A stretch of DNA of 64,000 nt, from assembly GCA_965222075.1 (NCBI GenBank), contig OZ244937.1:1472001-1536000 (forward strand). The letters are read 5' to 3'. Source of the DNA: Candidatus Latescibacterota bacterium (GTDB lineage: Bacteria; Latescibacterota; UBA2968; GCA-2709665). The notes under the pieces were generated by a model, which was not told where the DNA came from, made no database searches, and saw only the letters and a program-made list of their open reading frames with translations. Positions 8,253-18,328 of the stretch are shown one piece after another (positions within the stretch are counted from its first letter, which is position 1; the number at the start of each line of letters is the position of its first letter). Both the position numbers and the translations under genes were made by a program.

Positions 8253-9122
8253 TCACGAGTCGCCAGATACGGGCGCATCCCACAACAGCAAAAGCAGCCT
8301 GGAGAGGGTCTGCTTCATATGCGTTCTGGGAACAACCATATCCACAAATCCGTGTTCCAGGACCTTCTCGGCGCGTTGGGCGCTGCGCAGGCCCTCCATC
8401 TCCTCCTCCCCCACCGAACTTCCGGTGATCCGCTCTCCGGTAAATCCGATAAGGGCGTTCGGCTCGGCAATATTGATATCGCCGATCAACGCATAACTGG
8501 CCGACACCCCCGCCGTGGTCGGATCGGTTAGAACCGAAATAAACGGCAGCCCCTCCTCTGAGAATTGAGCCAGTTCGACGTTGATCTTGGCCATCTGCAT
8601 CAGCGCTAAAGTGCTTTCCTGCATCCGGGCGCCGCCCGACCGGCAGATCAGGATCAGCGGCAGCCTCTCCTGTATACACCGGTCGATCAGTCGGCAGATC
8701 CGCTCCCCCTCCGCCGACCCCAGAGATCCTCCCACAAACCCGAACTCGTGAATCCCGATGCCGACGGCCTGTCCATCGATCCGGCCGATCCCGGTGCAGA
8801 CGGCCGCATCCAGGCCGGTCCTTTTTCGGTGTTCCTTGATCCGCTCGGAGTACTTGATCCGGTCCTCGAAGTGGAGGGAATCCGCCGATTTGACCTCCTG
8901 GCCAATCTCCTGGAAAGACCGCTTGTCCGCCACACAATCCAAATACTCCCGGTAGCTGATCCGGAAGTGTGCCGCGCAGTTGGGGCAGATCCCGCAGTTC
9001 TGATCCACCCGCCTGCGGTAGACCGTCTGGTGACACCGCTCGCATTTGATCCAGAGGTTGTCCGGCAGACCTCGCTTTACCATTGTCCGAATACCGGACT
9101 TCAGCTTATCGAACCAGTTCAT
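8253..9122 (-). CDS. accD: acetyl-CoA carboxylase carboxyltransferase beta subunit
   Basis: LWIKCERC...CPNC zinc finger, GGSLGS, SGGARMQES, DPTTAGVSAS, AEPNALIGF. Confidence 0.95.
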   Translation of the reverse strand: MNWFDKLKSGIRTMVKRGLPDNLWIKCERCHQTVYRRRVDQNCGICPNCAAHFRISYREYLDCVADKRSFQEIGQEVKSADSLHFEDRIKYSERIKEHRKRTGLDAAVCTGIGRIDGQAVGIGIHEFGFVGGSLGSAEGERICRLIDRCIQERLPLILICRSGGARMQESTLALMQMAKINVELAQFSEEGLPFISVLTDPTTAGVSASYALIGDINIAEPNALIGFTGERITGSSVGEEEMEGLRSAQRAEKVLEHGFVDMVVPRTHMKQTLSRLLLLLWDAPVSGDS

Positions 9123-9283
9123 AACCTTACTCCCTCTAAAGCGCATAGCGTATTGGGCCGCTTTTGAGCGCTTTGCCTCTGCTTATCTTTTACCTGAAGC
9201 TTGCACAGCGGAAAAATATACGGCCATTCGCGGTGGGGCACAAGGAGATTTATCCCTTCATGTTTCACGAAACAGTTTTTCTG

Positions 9284-9312
9284 TTGACTCGCTTTCACAA
9301 ATCTTATAGATT
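9284..9312 (+). promoter_or_regulatory. candidate sigma70 promoter for the LysR gene
   Basis: TTGACT-17 nt-TAGATT. Confidence 0.45.
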
Positions 9313-9361
9313 ATTCCAGATACTGTTCAACAGACCTAATGGTTCAGAGGCCTTTATGCTG

Positions 9362-9407
9362 CGCCTACCTGCGTCCGCCTGTCTGCAACAGGCAGGACAG
9401 GCAGGCG
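9362..9407. repeat. CCTGCCTG-family palindromic element, apparently nested
   Basis: CGCCTACCTGCGTCCG[CCTGTCTGCAACAGGCAGG]ACAGGCAGGCG. Confidence 0.6.
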
Positions 9408-9459
9408 GGTCCGTGGAAGATTTACAGACCCATCCTGTTCACCTTTAATCCCTTCATGA

Positions 9460-10383
9460 ATGGAGAGTGTTTCCGTGCTGATCGAAAGCCTGAAAGTCTT
9501 CTGCGATCTGATTGAGACCCAGAGTTTTTCGAAAACGGCCGTCCTCAACTCGGTCACCCAGTCTGCCGTGAGCCAGCAGCTTAAAAGCATTGAGAAACGG
9601 CAGGGGAGGCAGCTCTTGGAACGCGAAAAGCGCCGGCTCACCCTTACGGCCGAGGGGGAGATCTTCTATCGTTATTCCAGAGAAATTGTCCGGCGCTACG
9701 AGGAGATGCAGCACCGAATCCAGGCACTGGGAGGTGTGGTCTCGGGGAGCATCCGCCTCTCGGCCATCTACAGCGTTGGGATGCTGGAACTCGCCCCCTA
9801 CCTCAAGGCCTACCTCAAAGCCTACCCCAAGGTCAACCTCCGTCTGGAATACAACCAGGCGCAGAAGATCTACGACGACGTGGCCAACAGCGGAATCGAC
9901 CTGGGCATCGTGGCCTACCCCCGGGCGCAACGAAACGTGGATGTCATCCAGTTCACAGAGGATCAGATGGTGCTCATCGGCCATTCCTCACATTCCCTGA
10001 CAAAGCAGCAATCTGTTGCCCCCAAAGACCTCCAGGGGCATCCGCTGGTTCTCTTTGGCCCGGAAACGCCCACCCGGCGCGCCATCGATCGCTTCTTCCG
10101 AAAGCACGGGGTGCGCCCCAACGTGGTGATGGAACTCGACCATATTGCAACGCTCATGCACGCCGTGGAGGTCGACATCGGCCTCTCCATTGTCCCGGTG
10201 CCTGCCGTAGAGTCCCGGGACACCCTCAAGGCCCTGTCTTTCAAGGGTGATCCCTTTGTCCGCCCGCTGGGCATCCTCCACAGGCGGGGGCGCAGTTTCT
10301 CCGTAGCCACCCAGAAACTGCTTGAGGTGCTCACAGAAGGCAAGCAGATACCGGATCCTGGCCGGAAAAGAAAAAAGATTTAG
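9460..10383 (+). CDS. LysR family transcriptional regulator
   Basis: SFSKTA...TQSAVSQQLKSIE...LLER...LTAEG HTH plus substrate-binding domain. Confidence 0.95.
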   Translation: MESVSVLIESLKVFCDLIETQSFSKTAVLNSVTQSAVSQQLKSIEKRQGRQLLEREKRRLTLTAEGEIFYRYSREIVRRYEEMQHRIQALGGVVSGSIRLSAIYSVGMLELAPYLKAYLKAYPKVNLRLEYNQAQKIYDDVANSGIDLGIVAYPRAQRNVDVIQFTEDQMVLIGHSSHSLTKQQSVAPKDLQGHPLVLFGPETPTRRAIDRFFRKHGVRPNVVMELDHIATLMHAVEVDIGLSIVPVPAVESRDTLKALSFKGDPFVRPLGILHRRGRSFSVATQKLLEVLTEGKQIPDPGRKRKKI

Positions 10384-10394
10384 GCCCTGTGAAG

Positions 10395-12335
10395 ATGAAA
10401 ACAAGAGATAAATGGGTCGTGGTGTTGCTGATCGCCGCCCTCCCGGCGGTGGCGTCCGGCCTTGAAGACCCGGCGCTCTTTTCGATACACGCCGATCCAT
10501 CCGATCTACGCCCCGGTGAAACCGTCACGGTCTGGATCGATGTGACGCTCACGGCGGACTGGCACATCTATTCGGCCACCACGCCACCCGGCGGGCCCTA
10601 CCCTACGGAGATCCACCTTGAAGAGGAAGGCCGGTTTCGCCAGGTCGGTCCAATCATCCAGCCCCCCCCCCTCAAAGAGCATGACCCCAACTTCGACATG
10701 GAGGTGGAGTATTACGGCAAAGCCGTCCGCTTCGGTGTGCGGGCGGACGTGACCGATGCGGTCCCATCCGGCCAGACCCGCCTCAGAGGCCGGGTCACCT
10801 ACATGCTCTGCAACGCCACTTCCTGCCTGCCCCCCACCACCTATACGTTTGAAGTCCCGCTTCAAATCGTCTCTGGCACACCCCGCCCCCGGTATGTCAC
10901 CAACCTGGCCCCCGCGCCGGGGGCATCGCCTGCGCAAGAGCCTGAACAGTTTGACGGCCTGGGCAGCATCGCCGACGTGGAGCGGGCCGTATCCGGGGGG
11001 CTGGGCGCCTTTCTCTACCTCGCCTTCAGCATGGGCTTCCTCGCCCTTCTGACCCCCTGTGTTTTTCCCATGGTACCCATCACGGTCTCCTTTTTCACCA
11101 AACAGGAGACCCGGAGCCGGGCGGAATCGGTCGTCAAATCCCTCGTCTACTGTGCCGGAATCACCTTCACCTTTACCGGCCTTGGCCTCCTGCTGGCCGT
11201 CACCCTGGGCGCCTCGGGAGCCAGCCTTTTCGCCGCCAATCCCTGGATCAACCTTCTCATCACCGGCATCTTCGTCGCCTTTGCGCTCAGCCTCTTCGGC
11301 CTCTTCGAGATCCGGCTGCCCTCGGGCCTCCTCACACGCTTAAGCCAGGTCCAGGGCGGGAGCTACGGGGCCATCCTCCTGATGGGTTTTACCTTTACCC
11401 TTACCTCCTTTACCTGCACAGCCCCCTTTGTAGGCGCCCTCCTGGTGCTCACCGCTCAGGGCGCCTGGACGTGGCCGATCCTGGGCATGCTCGCCTTCTC
11501 CGCCGCCTTCGCGCTGCCCTTCTTCTTCCTTGCCCTCTTTCCCCAGGGCCTCAGCGCCCTTCCCAAAAGCGGGGGCTGGCTCAACGCCGTCAAGGTCGTC
11601 ATGGGATTCCTGGAACTGGCAGCGGCCCTGAAATTCCTCAGCAATGCCGACCTGGTCTGGGGGTGGGGCATCCTCTCGCGGGAGGTCTTCTTAGCCGTCT
11701 GGATCGCCATTTTCGCCTTCTGCGGGATCTACCTGCTGGGCAAGATCCGGCTCCCCCACGACTCACCCCTCGAATCGGTAGGCCCGCTACGGCTCCTCTA
11801 CAGCCTCGGGTGCCTGGCCTTCAGCATCTACCTCACCACGGGCCTCTTCGGCGCCCCCCTGGGCGAACTGGACGCCTTCTTTCCCCCTTACGGCAGCCAG
11901 GGCCCCATCGCCAAGATCCGGAGCGGGAAAGAACTGACCTGGCAGGCAGACTATGAGACTGCGCTCTCAGAGGCCAGATCCACGGGGAAACCCATCTTTA
12001 TCGACTTTACCGGCTACGCCTGCACCAATTGCCGGTGGATGGAGGCCAACGTCTTCCCCGATCCCCAGGTGTGGCCTCTCCTGGAACGCTATGTGCGCCT
12101 GCAGCTCTATACGGACGGGCTGGGGGAGGTCTACGACCGCAATCGGGCCTTCCAGGAGACGCGTTTTGGAACGGTCGCCCTCCCCTTCTACGCCATTATG
12201 TCTCCCGAAGATAGCGAAATTGCCCGCTTCCCCGGCCTAACGCGTGACAAGAACCTCTTTGTACGGTTTCTGCAAACAGGGGTCTCCACAACCCTGCAGA
12301 TCGGCGTATCCGAGGGGCAAAATGAAGGAACTTAA
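10395..12335 (+). CDS. dsbD: protein-disulfide reductase DsbD family
   Basis: Signal peptide, WHIYS, CNATSCLPP, LTPCVFPMVP, SFTCTAPFVG, DFTGYACTNC thioredoxin domain. Confidence 0.92.
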   Translation: MKTRDKWVVVLLIAALPAVASGLEDPALFSIHADPSDLRPGETVTVWIDVTLTADWHIYSATTPPGGPYPTEIHLEEEGRFRQVGPIIQPPPLKEHDPNFDMEVEYYGKAVRFGVRADVTDAVPSGQTRLRGRVTYMLCNATSCLPPTTYTFEVPLQIVSGTPRPRYVTNLAPAPGASPAQEPEQFDGLGSIADVERAVSGGLGAFLYLAFSMGFLALLTPCVFPMVPITVSFFTKQETRSRAESVVKSLVYCAGITFTFTGLGLLLAVTLGASGASLFAANPWINLLITGIFVAFALSLFGLFEIRLPSGLLTRLSQVQGGSYGAILLMGFTFTLTSFTCTAPFVGALLVLTAQGAWTWPILGMLAFSAAFALPFFFLALFPQGLSALPKSGGWLNAVKVVMGFLELAAALKFLSNADLVWGWGILSREVFLAVWIAIFAFCGIYLLGKIRLPHDSPLESVGPLRLLYSLGCLAFSIYLTTGLFGAPLGELDAFFPPYGSQGPIAKIRSGKELTWQADYETALSEARSTGKPIFIDFTGYACTNCRWMEANVFPDPQVWPLLERYVRLQLYTDGLGEVYDRNRAFQETRFGTVALPFYAIMSPEDSEIARFPGLTRDKNLFVRFLQTGVSTTLQIGVSEGQNEGT

Positions 12336-12343
12336 GAGCCGCC

Positions 12344-13209
12344 ATGCAGAAACGCCTTACAATCTGCGTACTGCTTGCGATCCCGGCCTTTGTGGGAGTG
12401 CCTGCCCGTGCCGAATGGGATTGGTATGCGGGAGATATCACCCGCTATACGAGCCGGAACACGGCCGCCGTGATCCCCGAGCGGGTTCAGACCGGAATCG
12501 ACGCGGGGCTGGACTGGCTGGTCCTTTGGGGCCACTTCTCAGAAGGGATTTTCATCGGGCTGCGGGACATCATCCAGGAATTCGACCTGAACACCCCCCG
12601 CATCACCCCCATCCTGTCGTATGGTTTTCCAGTACACGGAGGGCGCAGATAACAACCAGATCGTCGGCCTGCTGGACGACCCTGCTCCATTTGTTCGGAC
12701 CTACCTCATCCGCGCCCTCAAGCCAACCCCCTACGATCCCGTCCTGACCCGATACCTGATCGCCGCCTCCCGGTCTCCTCACCCCGGCATCGCGGCGGCC
12801 GCGGTGGACAAACTGGTGGAAATGGGCACCCACAACTACCGGGTCATCAGGGCGTTGCTCGATTCGGCCCGGGCCGGAAACGCCTATGCCATAGAACCGG
12901 TCGGGTGGATCGGGGACCGGCGGTGCATTCCAGACTTAGAGGCCATCTTCCTGAAAGAGGCGCACGGCCCCCTTAAGCGGTCCAGTTTTCTGGCCCTTGA
13001 AAAGATGGGCGCGCCTTATATTGGCAGAAAAGAGGTGGTCTGCGCCCGGATACCGGCCCCCCCTCGAACTCGCCCTGGTCAGCGGACGGACGGCTTCCCG
13101 ACGATGGACGTGGTCGGTCACCTACGACAGCCCCGACAACCCGGATCGATTTGGGGATATGATCTTCGAAACAGCCCCTTCAGAACAAGAGAATACAAAC
13201 CATGAATGA
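12344..13209 (+). pseudogene. fragmented gene: signal peptide + PHP-like start, HEAT-like repeats, CBM9/DOMON-like C-terminus
   Basis: Three overlapping frames (12344-12652, 12621-13205, 12997-13209) each carry a protein-like piece; the last ends overlapping the next start codon (ATGAATGA). Confidence 0.55.
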
Positions 13210-13819
13210 TCTCACGGAACTCCCTCTCTTTCCGCTCGATAATGTGGTCCTCCTTCCGTTCAAGCGCGTTCCACTCCACATCTTTGAAGAACGTTATAAA
13301 CAGATGATCAACATGTGTATGGATGAGGAAACCGAGTTCGGAATCGTATGGGGAAATGACGACACGTTCCAGGAGGTCGGCTCTGCCGCCCTGGTTACCG
13401 ACTTGATCTCCCGGCTTCCCGACGGTCGGATGAAGATCGTTACTCAGGGCACACGGCGTTTTCGGGTACTGGAACGGTTCGACATCCACCCTTACATCAC
13501 AGGAATCGTGGAAGAGATCAACGACGAACCGGAAGTGCCCGATTTCGACCTGGGCAACAAGGTACAGGACTTATACCGGGAAGCGTTGAAGCTCTCTTTG
13601 GGCTGGTTTAAGCCAAAAAAAGAGGAGGATATCAACCCCTCTGAACTCTCATTCGTTGTAGCGGGCAGTCTCAGCCTGTCCCTTCCTGAACAGCAGGCGA
13701 TCCTGGAGATGCGCTCGGCCAACGAACGGCTGCAGACCGTATCGAAAATCCTGGAAGAGGCCCTGCAGGGGATTCGGGAGGTCAAGAGACGGACCGGCGG
13801 CAACGGAAACCTGGAATGA
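13202..13819 (+). CDS. LON peptidase substrate-binding domain protein
   Basis: LPLFPL..VVLLP...PLHIFEERYKQMI, GRMKIV..GTRRFRV. Confidence 0.92.
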   Translation: MNDLTELPLFPLDNVVLLPFKRVPLHIFEERYKQMINMCMDEETEFGIVWGNDDTFQEVGSAALVTDLISRLPDGRMKIVTQGTRRFRVLERFDIHPYITGIVEEINDEPEVPDFDLGNKVQDLYREALKLSLGWFKPKKEEDINPSELSFVVAGSLSLSLPEQQAILEMRSANERLQTVSKILEEALQGIREVKRRTGGNGNLE

Positions 13820-13867
13820 AAAAACAGAGAGCCGGGAAAACGGTCTCCCTGAATTTAAGGAGGTAAA

Positions 13868-14428
13868 ATGGCGCTGCCCAGCCGGGAAGAGGCGATGGAC
13901 CTCTTACGAACGCATACCGAAAATGAGAATCTGATCAAACACATGCTCGCCGTAGAAGCGGGCATGCGGGCCTATGCGCGCAAATTCGGGGAAAATGAGG
14001 AGCTGTGGGGCATCACCGGCCTGCTGCACGACTTCGACTACGAAAAGCACCCCACACCTGAAGAACACCCCATGTTCGGGGTGCGCATCTTAGAGGAAAA
14101 GGGCTATCCCGAGGAAATGATCCACGCCATCAAGGCCCACGCCACCTACCTGGGCGTACCCCGCGAAAGCCTCCTGGACAAAGCCCTCTTTGCCGTGGAC
14201 GAACTCACCGGTTTCATCGTCGCCGTCACCCTGATGCAGCCCAGCCGGAAACTCGCCGACCTGAAGGTCTCTTCCGTGCGTAAGAAATTGAAACAGAAAG
14301 GCTTTGCGCGCACCGTCAGCCGGGAAGACATCCAAACCGGCGTCGAAGAACTGGGCATACCCCGGGAAGAACACATCGCCTTCGTCATCGAGGCGATGGC
14401 GGGAATCGCCGACGACCTGGGGCTCTGA
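13868..14428 (+). CDS. HD (HDIG) domain hydrolase
   Basis: LIKHMLAVEA, GLLHDFDYE, LFAVDELTGFI, KGFA. Confidence 0.9.
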   Translation: MALPSREEAMDLLRTHTENENLIKHMLAVEAGMRAYARKFGENEELWGITGLLHDFDYEKHPTPEEHPMFGVRILEEKGYPEEMIHAIKAHATYLGVPRESLLDKALFAVDELTGFIVAVTLMQPSRKLADLKVSSVRKKLKQKGFARTVSREDIQTGVEELGIPREEHIAFVIEAMAGIADDLGL

Positions 14429-14436
14429 TCTCCTCC

Positions 14437-15255
14437 CTACCCTTCCCCCAGCAACCCTTTAAAAAACCGCACATCGGTCCGCGCCAGGTCGATCACCGTA
14501 TCCACCGGCTCGCCGCCGTACTCGCTGTGGAAGCTGATCGGCCCGTCAAAATTCACCTGCTTCAGCGCCCGCAGCAGCGCCGTCCAGTCTCCAAAGCCCT
14601 GCCCCAGCCGGACCGTCCGGGCGTGCCAACTCGTCTTGCCCCCCTGCACCACCCGCTGCCGCTCCAGGTCTTTGAACGCCATCACAGACAGGTAGTCCTG
14701 CACGATATTCAGCGCCATCTCAATCGGCTCCCCACAAATCGAGAGGTGGCCCGGATCGGAAAACACCCCCACGTGCTTCGGGTTGAACCCCTTCACCAGA
14801 TTCATAACCGAACTGGAATTCAACCCCATTGACAGCCCCGAGTGGTTGTGCACGACCGTCTGCACCCCGTGCTTTTCCGACAGCCCCTGAAACCCCTCCA
14901 GATAGCCCCGGACCACATCCACCTCCTCCCAGTAGTTCTGTTCCGGCTTCCAGTGCCAGTACCCCAGCTTGATATGCTGCACCCCGGCCTCGCCGCAGGC
15001 CGCGTAGAGCCGTTCGGCATAATCCATATCGGGCGTCGTAAAATCTCCCGGCGTTGTCACCAGCGGAATCGAAAGCCCTTCGTCCGCAAACTGTTTGGCC
15101 GCTTCCGGCAGCGCCGTCTCCACGTTCTCCGGATTCACAGGATACCCCGGCCGTGTGCAGAGGTCTGCGCCCTGCACCCCCACCGATTTCAACGCCGCAA
15201 TAATACCCGGCACATCCAGCCCTTCCAGATGCTTCGTAAACATGATGAATTTCAT
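14437..15255 (-). CDS. sugar phosphate isomerase/epimerase (xylose isomerase-like TIM barrel)
   Basis: GADL..RPG, HNHSG, DPGH, KD, G.G..DW, SFHSEY. Confidence 0.85.
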   Translation of the reverse strand: MKFIMFTKHLEGLDVPGIIAALKSVGVQGADLCTRPGYPVNPENVETALPEAAKQFADEGLSIPLVTTPGDFTTPDMDYAERLYAACGEAGVQHIKLGYWHWKPEQNYWEEVDVVRGYLEGFQGLSEKHGVQTVVHNHSGLSMGLNSSSVMNLVKGFNPKHVGVFSDPGHLSICGEPIEMALNIVQDYLSVMAFKDLERQRVVQGGKTSWHARTVRLGQGFGDWTALLRALKQVNFDGPISFHSEYGGEPVDTVIDLARTDVRFFKGLLGEG

Positions 15256-15279
15256 GACAGGCCTCCCCGGATCCCCGTG

Positions 15280-16296
15280 TTAAATCTGTGACTGATAAAT
15301 CGCGTCCACCAGTTCCATCGTCTTTGTCGCATCCTCAAAATTCGTGTCCGGCTGTTTGCCCTTCCGGATGCAGTCGATGAAATGCCGGTTCATATCGTAC
15401 TCCCCAAACGCGCGATACTTCTCCTTGCTGCCGCTGATCTCAAACCCATCCAGCACCTCCACAGGCTCAACCTTCCCGTCCGCGAACACCTTCCCTCCCT
15501 CTTCGATATCCCCGAAAACGGAAATCCCCGGCGAATGGATCTCCACCGTAAACATTCGCCGACCGGTCATCCAGTTGGTCAGCAGCACGCCGGTTGCCCC
15601 GGAACTGAATTTGACCAGCGCCAAATGGATATTACAGTGCTCCGCATCCTGCCGCCGCACGTCGCTGGCCACGCGCTCCACCTCACCCCCGCATAAATAG
15701 CGCAGCGTATCCACGGCATGAATCGCATCGCATGTCAGAATATCCATCGCGCCCTGGTAGTAGGGCGCGCCTCCAACCGCGCTCTTGTAAAAAGTCGCCA
15801 CCGCGCTGTGCACAGGCCCCTTTTTCCTGCAAAGCGCCATTCCCCGCCTCACCAGCGGCGCAAACCGCCTCTGGAACGTCACGCCCGTGAGCACCCTGTT
15901 CTTTCTGGCCAGAATCGCCATCTGCCGCGTCTGTTCCGTCGTCACCGCCGGTGGTTTCTCGATAAACAGGTGGCACCCCATCTCCATCACCGTCGCCGCG
16001 ATATTGTACAGGAACTGCGGCGGCATAATCGCATACACCGCATCCGGCTTCTCCTTCTCGATCATCTCCACGTAATTCGTATACCGTCCTTTGATCCCGA
16101 ACCTCTCCGCGGCGGTGTTCAACCGCGCCTCATTCAGCTCCGAAACCGCCACAACCTCCGCACCGGGGATATCCTTTAGCGACGGATAATGCACGCTGGA
16201 TGCGCGTCCTCCCGCCCCGACAAACGCCACCCGGACCTTCTTCTTCCTCCCGGCCCGCTTCGCAGTCTTCCTGGCCTTTTTCCCAGCCTTAGGCAT
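15280..16296 (-). CDS. Gfo/Idh/MocA family oxidoreductase
   Basis: VAFVGAGG, IEKPP, FQRRF, DAIHAVD. Confidence 0.92.
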   Translation of the reverse strand: MPKAGKKARKTAKRAGRKKKVRVAFVGAGGRASSVHYPSLKDIPGAEVVAVSELNEARLNTAAERFGIKGRYTNYVEMIEKEKPDAVYAIMPPQFLYNIAATVMEMGCHLFIEKPPAVTTEQTRQMAILARKNRVLTGVTFQRRFAPLVRRGMALCRKKGPVHSAVATFYKSAVGGAPYYQGAMDILTCDAIHAVDTLRYLCGGEVERVASDVRRQDAEHCNIHLALVKFSSGATGVLLTNWMTGRRMFTVEIHSPGISVFGDIEEGGKVFADGKVEPVEVLDGFEISGSKEKYRAFGEYDMNRHFIDCIRKGKQPDTNFEDATKTMELVDAIYQSQI

Positions 16297-16309
16297 AGCA
16301 ATCCTCCCT

Positions 16310-17263
16310 TTACCGGTACACCGCCTGGATCAACGCCCGCATATACCCCACCGCAAATGCCCGACCCGCCCAGAACGTCGACTCCTGCTGTGGAAATCCC
16401 GGCGTGTGGTCCATCATAAACGGACCTTCGAACCCAACCTCCTGATACGTCTGCATCGCCTCGTACATATCCTGGTCCCCCTCGTCCACAAACACCTCCT
16501 GGAACTTTTTCGGGGTGCCCCGGATATTCCGGAAATGCACGTAGACGATCTTGCCCCGTCCCCCGATATCCCGGATCGCCTCACACACGTTCACACCCAT
16601 CTCGGCCACACACCCCTGGCAGAAGAGCATCGCGTTGGAATCGCTGGGCACCATATCGAAAGTCCGGTGGTACTGCTCCAGGGTCGACACGATCCGTGCG
16701 GCTCCTCCCAGCGGCTCGGGAATCGGCGGGTCGTCCGGGTGAAGCGCCATCCGCACCCCACACGCCTCTGCGACCGGGATCACACGCTCCAGAAAATACT
16801 GCAAATTCTCCCAGATCTTCTCTTCCAGGATCGTCTTGTCCGGGTGATGCGGCGGGTCTTTCATCAACACGTCGTAATCGAAGGTGCTGTACCGGGCGCC
16901 CCCCCGTCCGGGGGGCGTGGACTCGGTCCGGAAATTCCCCACCGGCTTGAAATTGTATCCCAGCGTCGGAATCCCAACCTCGCCCATGTTCCGTAGCATA
17001 GTACACCAGGCCTCGATCTTCTCGTCCCGGTCCGGCAATGCAAGCGAAATTTCGTCCCAGCCGGTCGCCGCAACATTCATCAGCTTCAAGCCGTGGGACT
17101 CGGCCAGCCTCTTCAAATCCCTCCAGTACTCCGTAAGATCCTCACCCTTCCTTATCCCCGGCGGCGCTGCATTCACCGTCAGATAATCCACCCCGATCGC
17201 CTTGAAAAAACTCAAATTCTCATCGTTGATCTGATTCCACGGAAGCTGCTCCTGAATCGTCAT
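16310..17263 (-). CDS. mannonate dehydratase (UxuA)-like protein, paralog 3
   Basis: YNF, GRGGA, YFLERVIPVAE, HPDDPP, HFRN, EGD.DM, MDH. Confidence 0.85.
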   Translation of the reverse strand: MTIQEQLPWNQINDENLSFFKAIGVDYLTVNAAPPGIRKGEDLTEYWRDLKRLAESHGLKLMNVAATGWDEISLALPDRDEKIEAWCTMLRNMGEVGIPTLGYNFKPVGNFRTESTPPGRGGARYSTFDYDVLMKDPPHHPDKTILEEKIWENLQYFLERVIPVAEACGVRMALHPDDPPIPEPLGGAARIVSTLEQYHRTFDMVPSDSNAMLFCQGCVAEMGVNVCEAIRDIGGRGKIVYVHFRNIRGTPKKFQEVFVDEGDQDMYEAMQTYQEVGFEGPFMMDHTPGFPQQESTFWAGRAFAVGYMRALIQAVYR

Positions 17264-17299
17264 CGCATTCCTCCTTTACACCATCTGAACCAGCGGCCT

Positions 17300-18253
17300 T
17301 CATCGATACACAGCCTGGATCATCGCCCGCATATATCCCACCGCAAACGCACGACCCGCCCAGAACGTCGATTCTTCCTGAGGGAACCGCGGCGTGTGGT
17401 CCATCATAAACGGACCCTCGAACCCCACCTCCCTGTACGTCTGCATCGCCTCGTACATATCCTGATCTCCCTCGTCCACAAACACCTCCTGAAAACTTTT
17501 GGGCGTCCCCCGAATATTTCGGAAGTGGACGGCAACGATCTTGCCCCGCCCCCCGATGTCCCGGATCGCGTCGCACACATTCTCCCCCATCTCGGCCACG
17601 CACCCCTGGCAGAAGAGCATCGCGTTGGAATCGCTGGGCACCATATCGAAAATCCGGCGATACTGCTCCAGGGTCGACACGATCCGTGCGGCCCCTCCCA
17701 GCGGCTCGGGAATCGGTGGGTCGTCCGGGTGAAGCGCCAGCCGTATCCCCGCTTCTTCGGCCACCGGAATCACGCGCTCCAGGTAGTACTCCAGATTCTC
17801 CCGGATCATCTCTTCCGAAATCGCCTTGTCGGGGTAATAAGGGGGATCTTTCATCAACGCGTCGTAGTCGAACGTGCTGTACCGGGCGCCCCCCCGTCCC
17901 GGCGGGATCGATTCCGTCCGGAAATTCCCCGCCGGTTTGAAGCTGTACGTCATTGCCCGCACGCCTGCTGCGCCCACATTGCTCAGCAAGGTACACATCG
18001 CTTCAATCTTCTCGTCCCGGTCCGGCAATCCCAGCGTAATCTCGTCCCAGGTCCTTCCCCCGATGCTGTTCAACGCCAGCCCGTGAGATGCAACCTTCCT
18101 GCGCATCTCCTTCCAGTAATCCGCACGGTCCTGCCCGTCTTTCACCTCCGGCGGCGGCGAATGAACGGAAACACAGTCGACCCCGATCGCCTTGAAAAAA
18201 CGCAAATGCTCATCGTCGATCTGATGCCAGGGAAGGTGTTCCTGAATGGTCAT
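17300..18253 (-). CDS. mannonate dehydratase (UxuA)-like protein, paralog 2
   Basis: Same motifs; start reassigned to ATG 18253 after GGAGGAGG. Confidence 0.85.
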   Translation of the reverse strand: MTIQEHLPWHQIDDEHLRFFKAIGVDCVSVHSPPPEVKDGQDRADYWKEMRRKVASHGLALNSIGGRTWDEITLGLPDRDEKIEAMCTLLSNVGAAGVRAMTYSFKPAGNFRTESIPPGRGGARYSTFDYDALMKDPPYYPDKAISEEMIRENLEYYLERVIPVAEEAGIRLALHPDDPPIPEPLGGAARIVSTLEQYRRIFDMVPSDSNAMLFCQGCVAEMGENVCDAIRDIGGRGKIVAVHFRNIRGTPKSFQEVFVDEGDQDMYEAMQTYREVGFEGPFMMDHTPRFPQEESTFWAGRAFAVGYMRAMIQAVYR

Positions 18254-18328
18254 AACGGTCCTCCTCCTGAAACGGGCGGGCGGGCGGTCACCCTTACGGG
18301 GAAACACGATCCCTCCCCCCCTCATACC

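Noticed and set aside
12640-12660. Stop-codon readthrough (Sec/Pyl) joining the split ORFs
   Set aside because: The stop is TAA and the continuation is in a different frame
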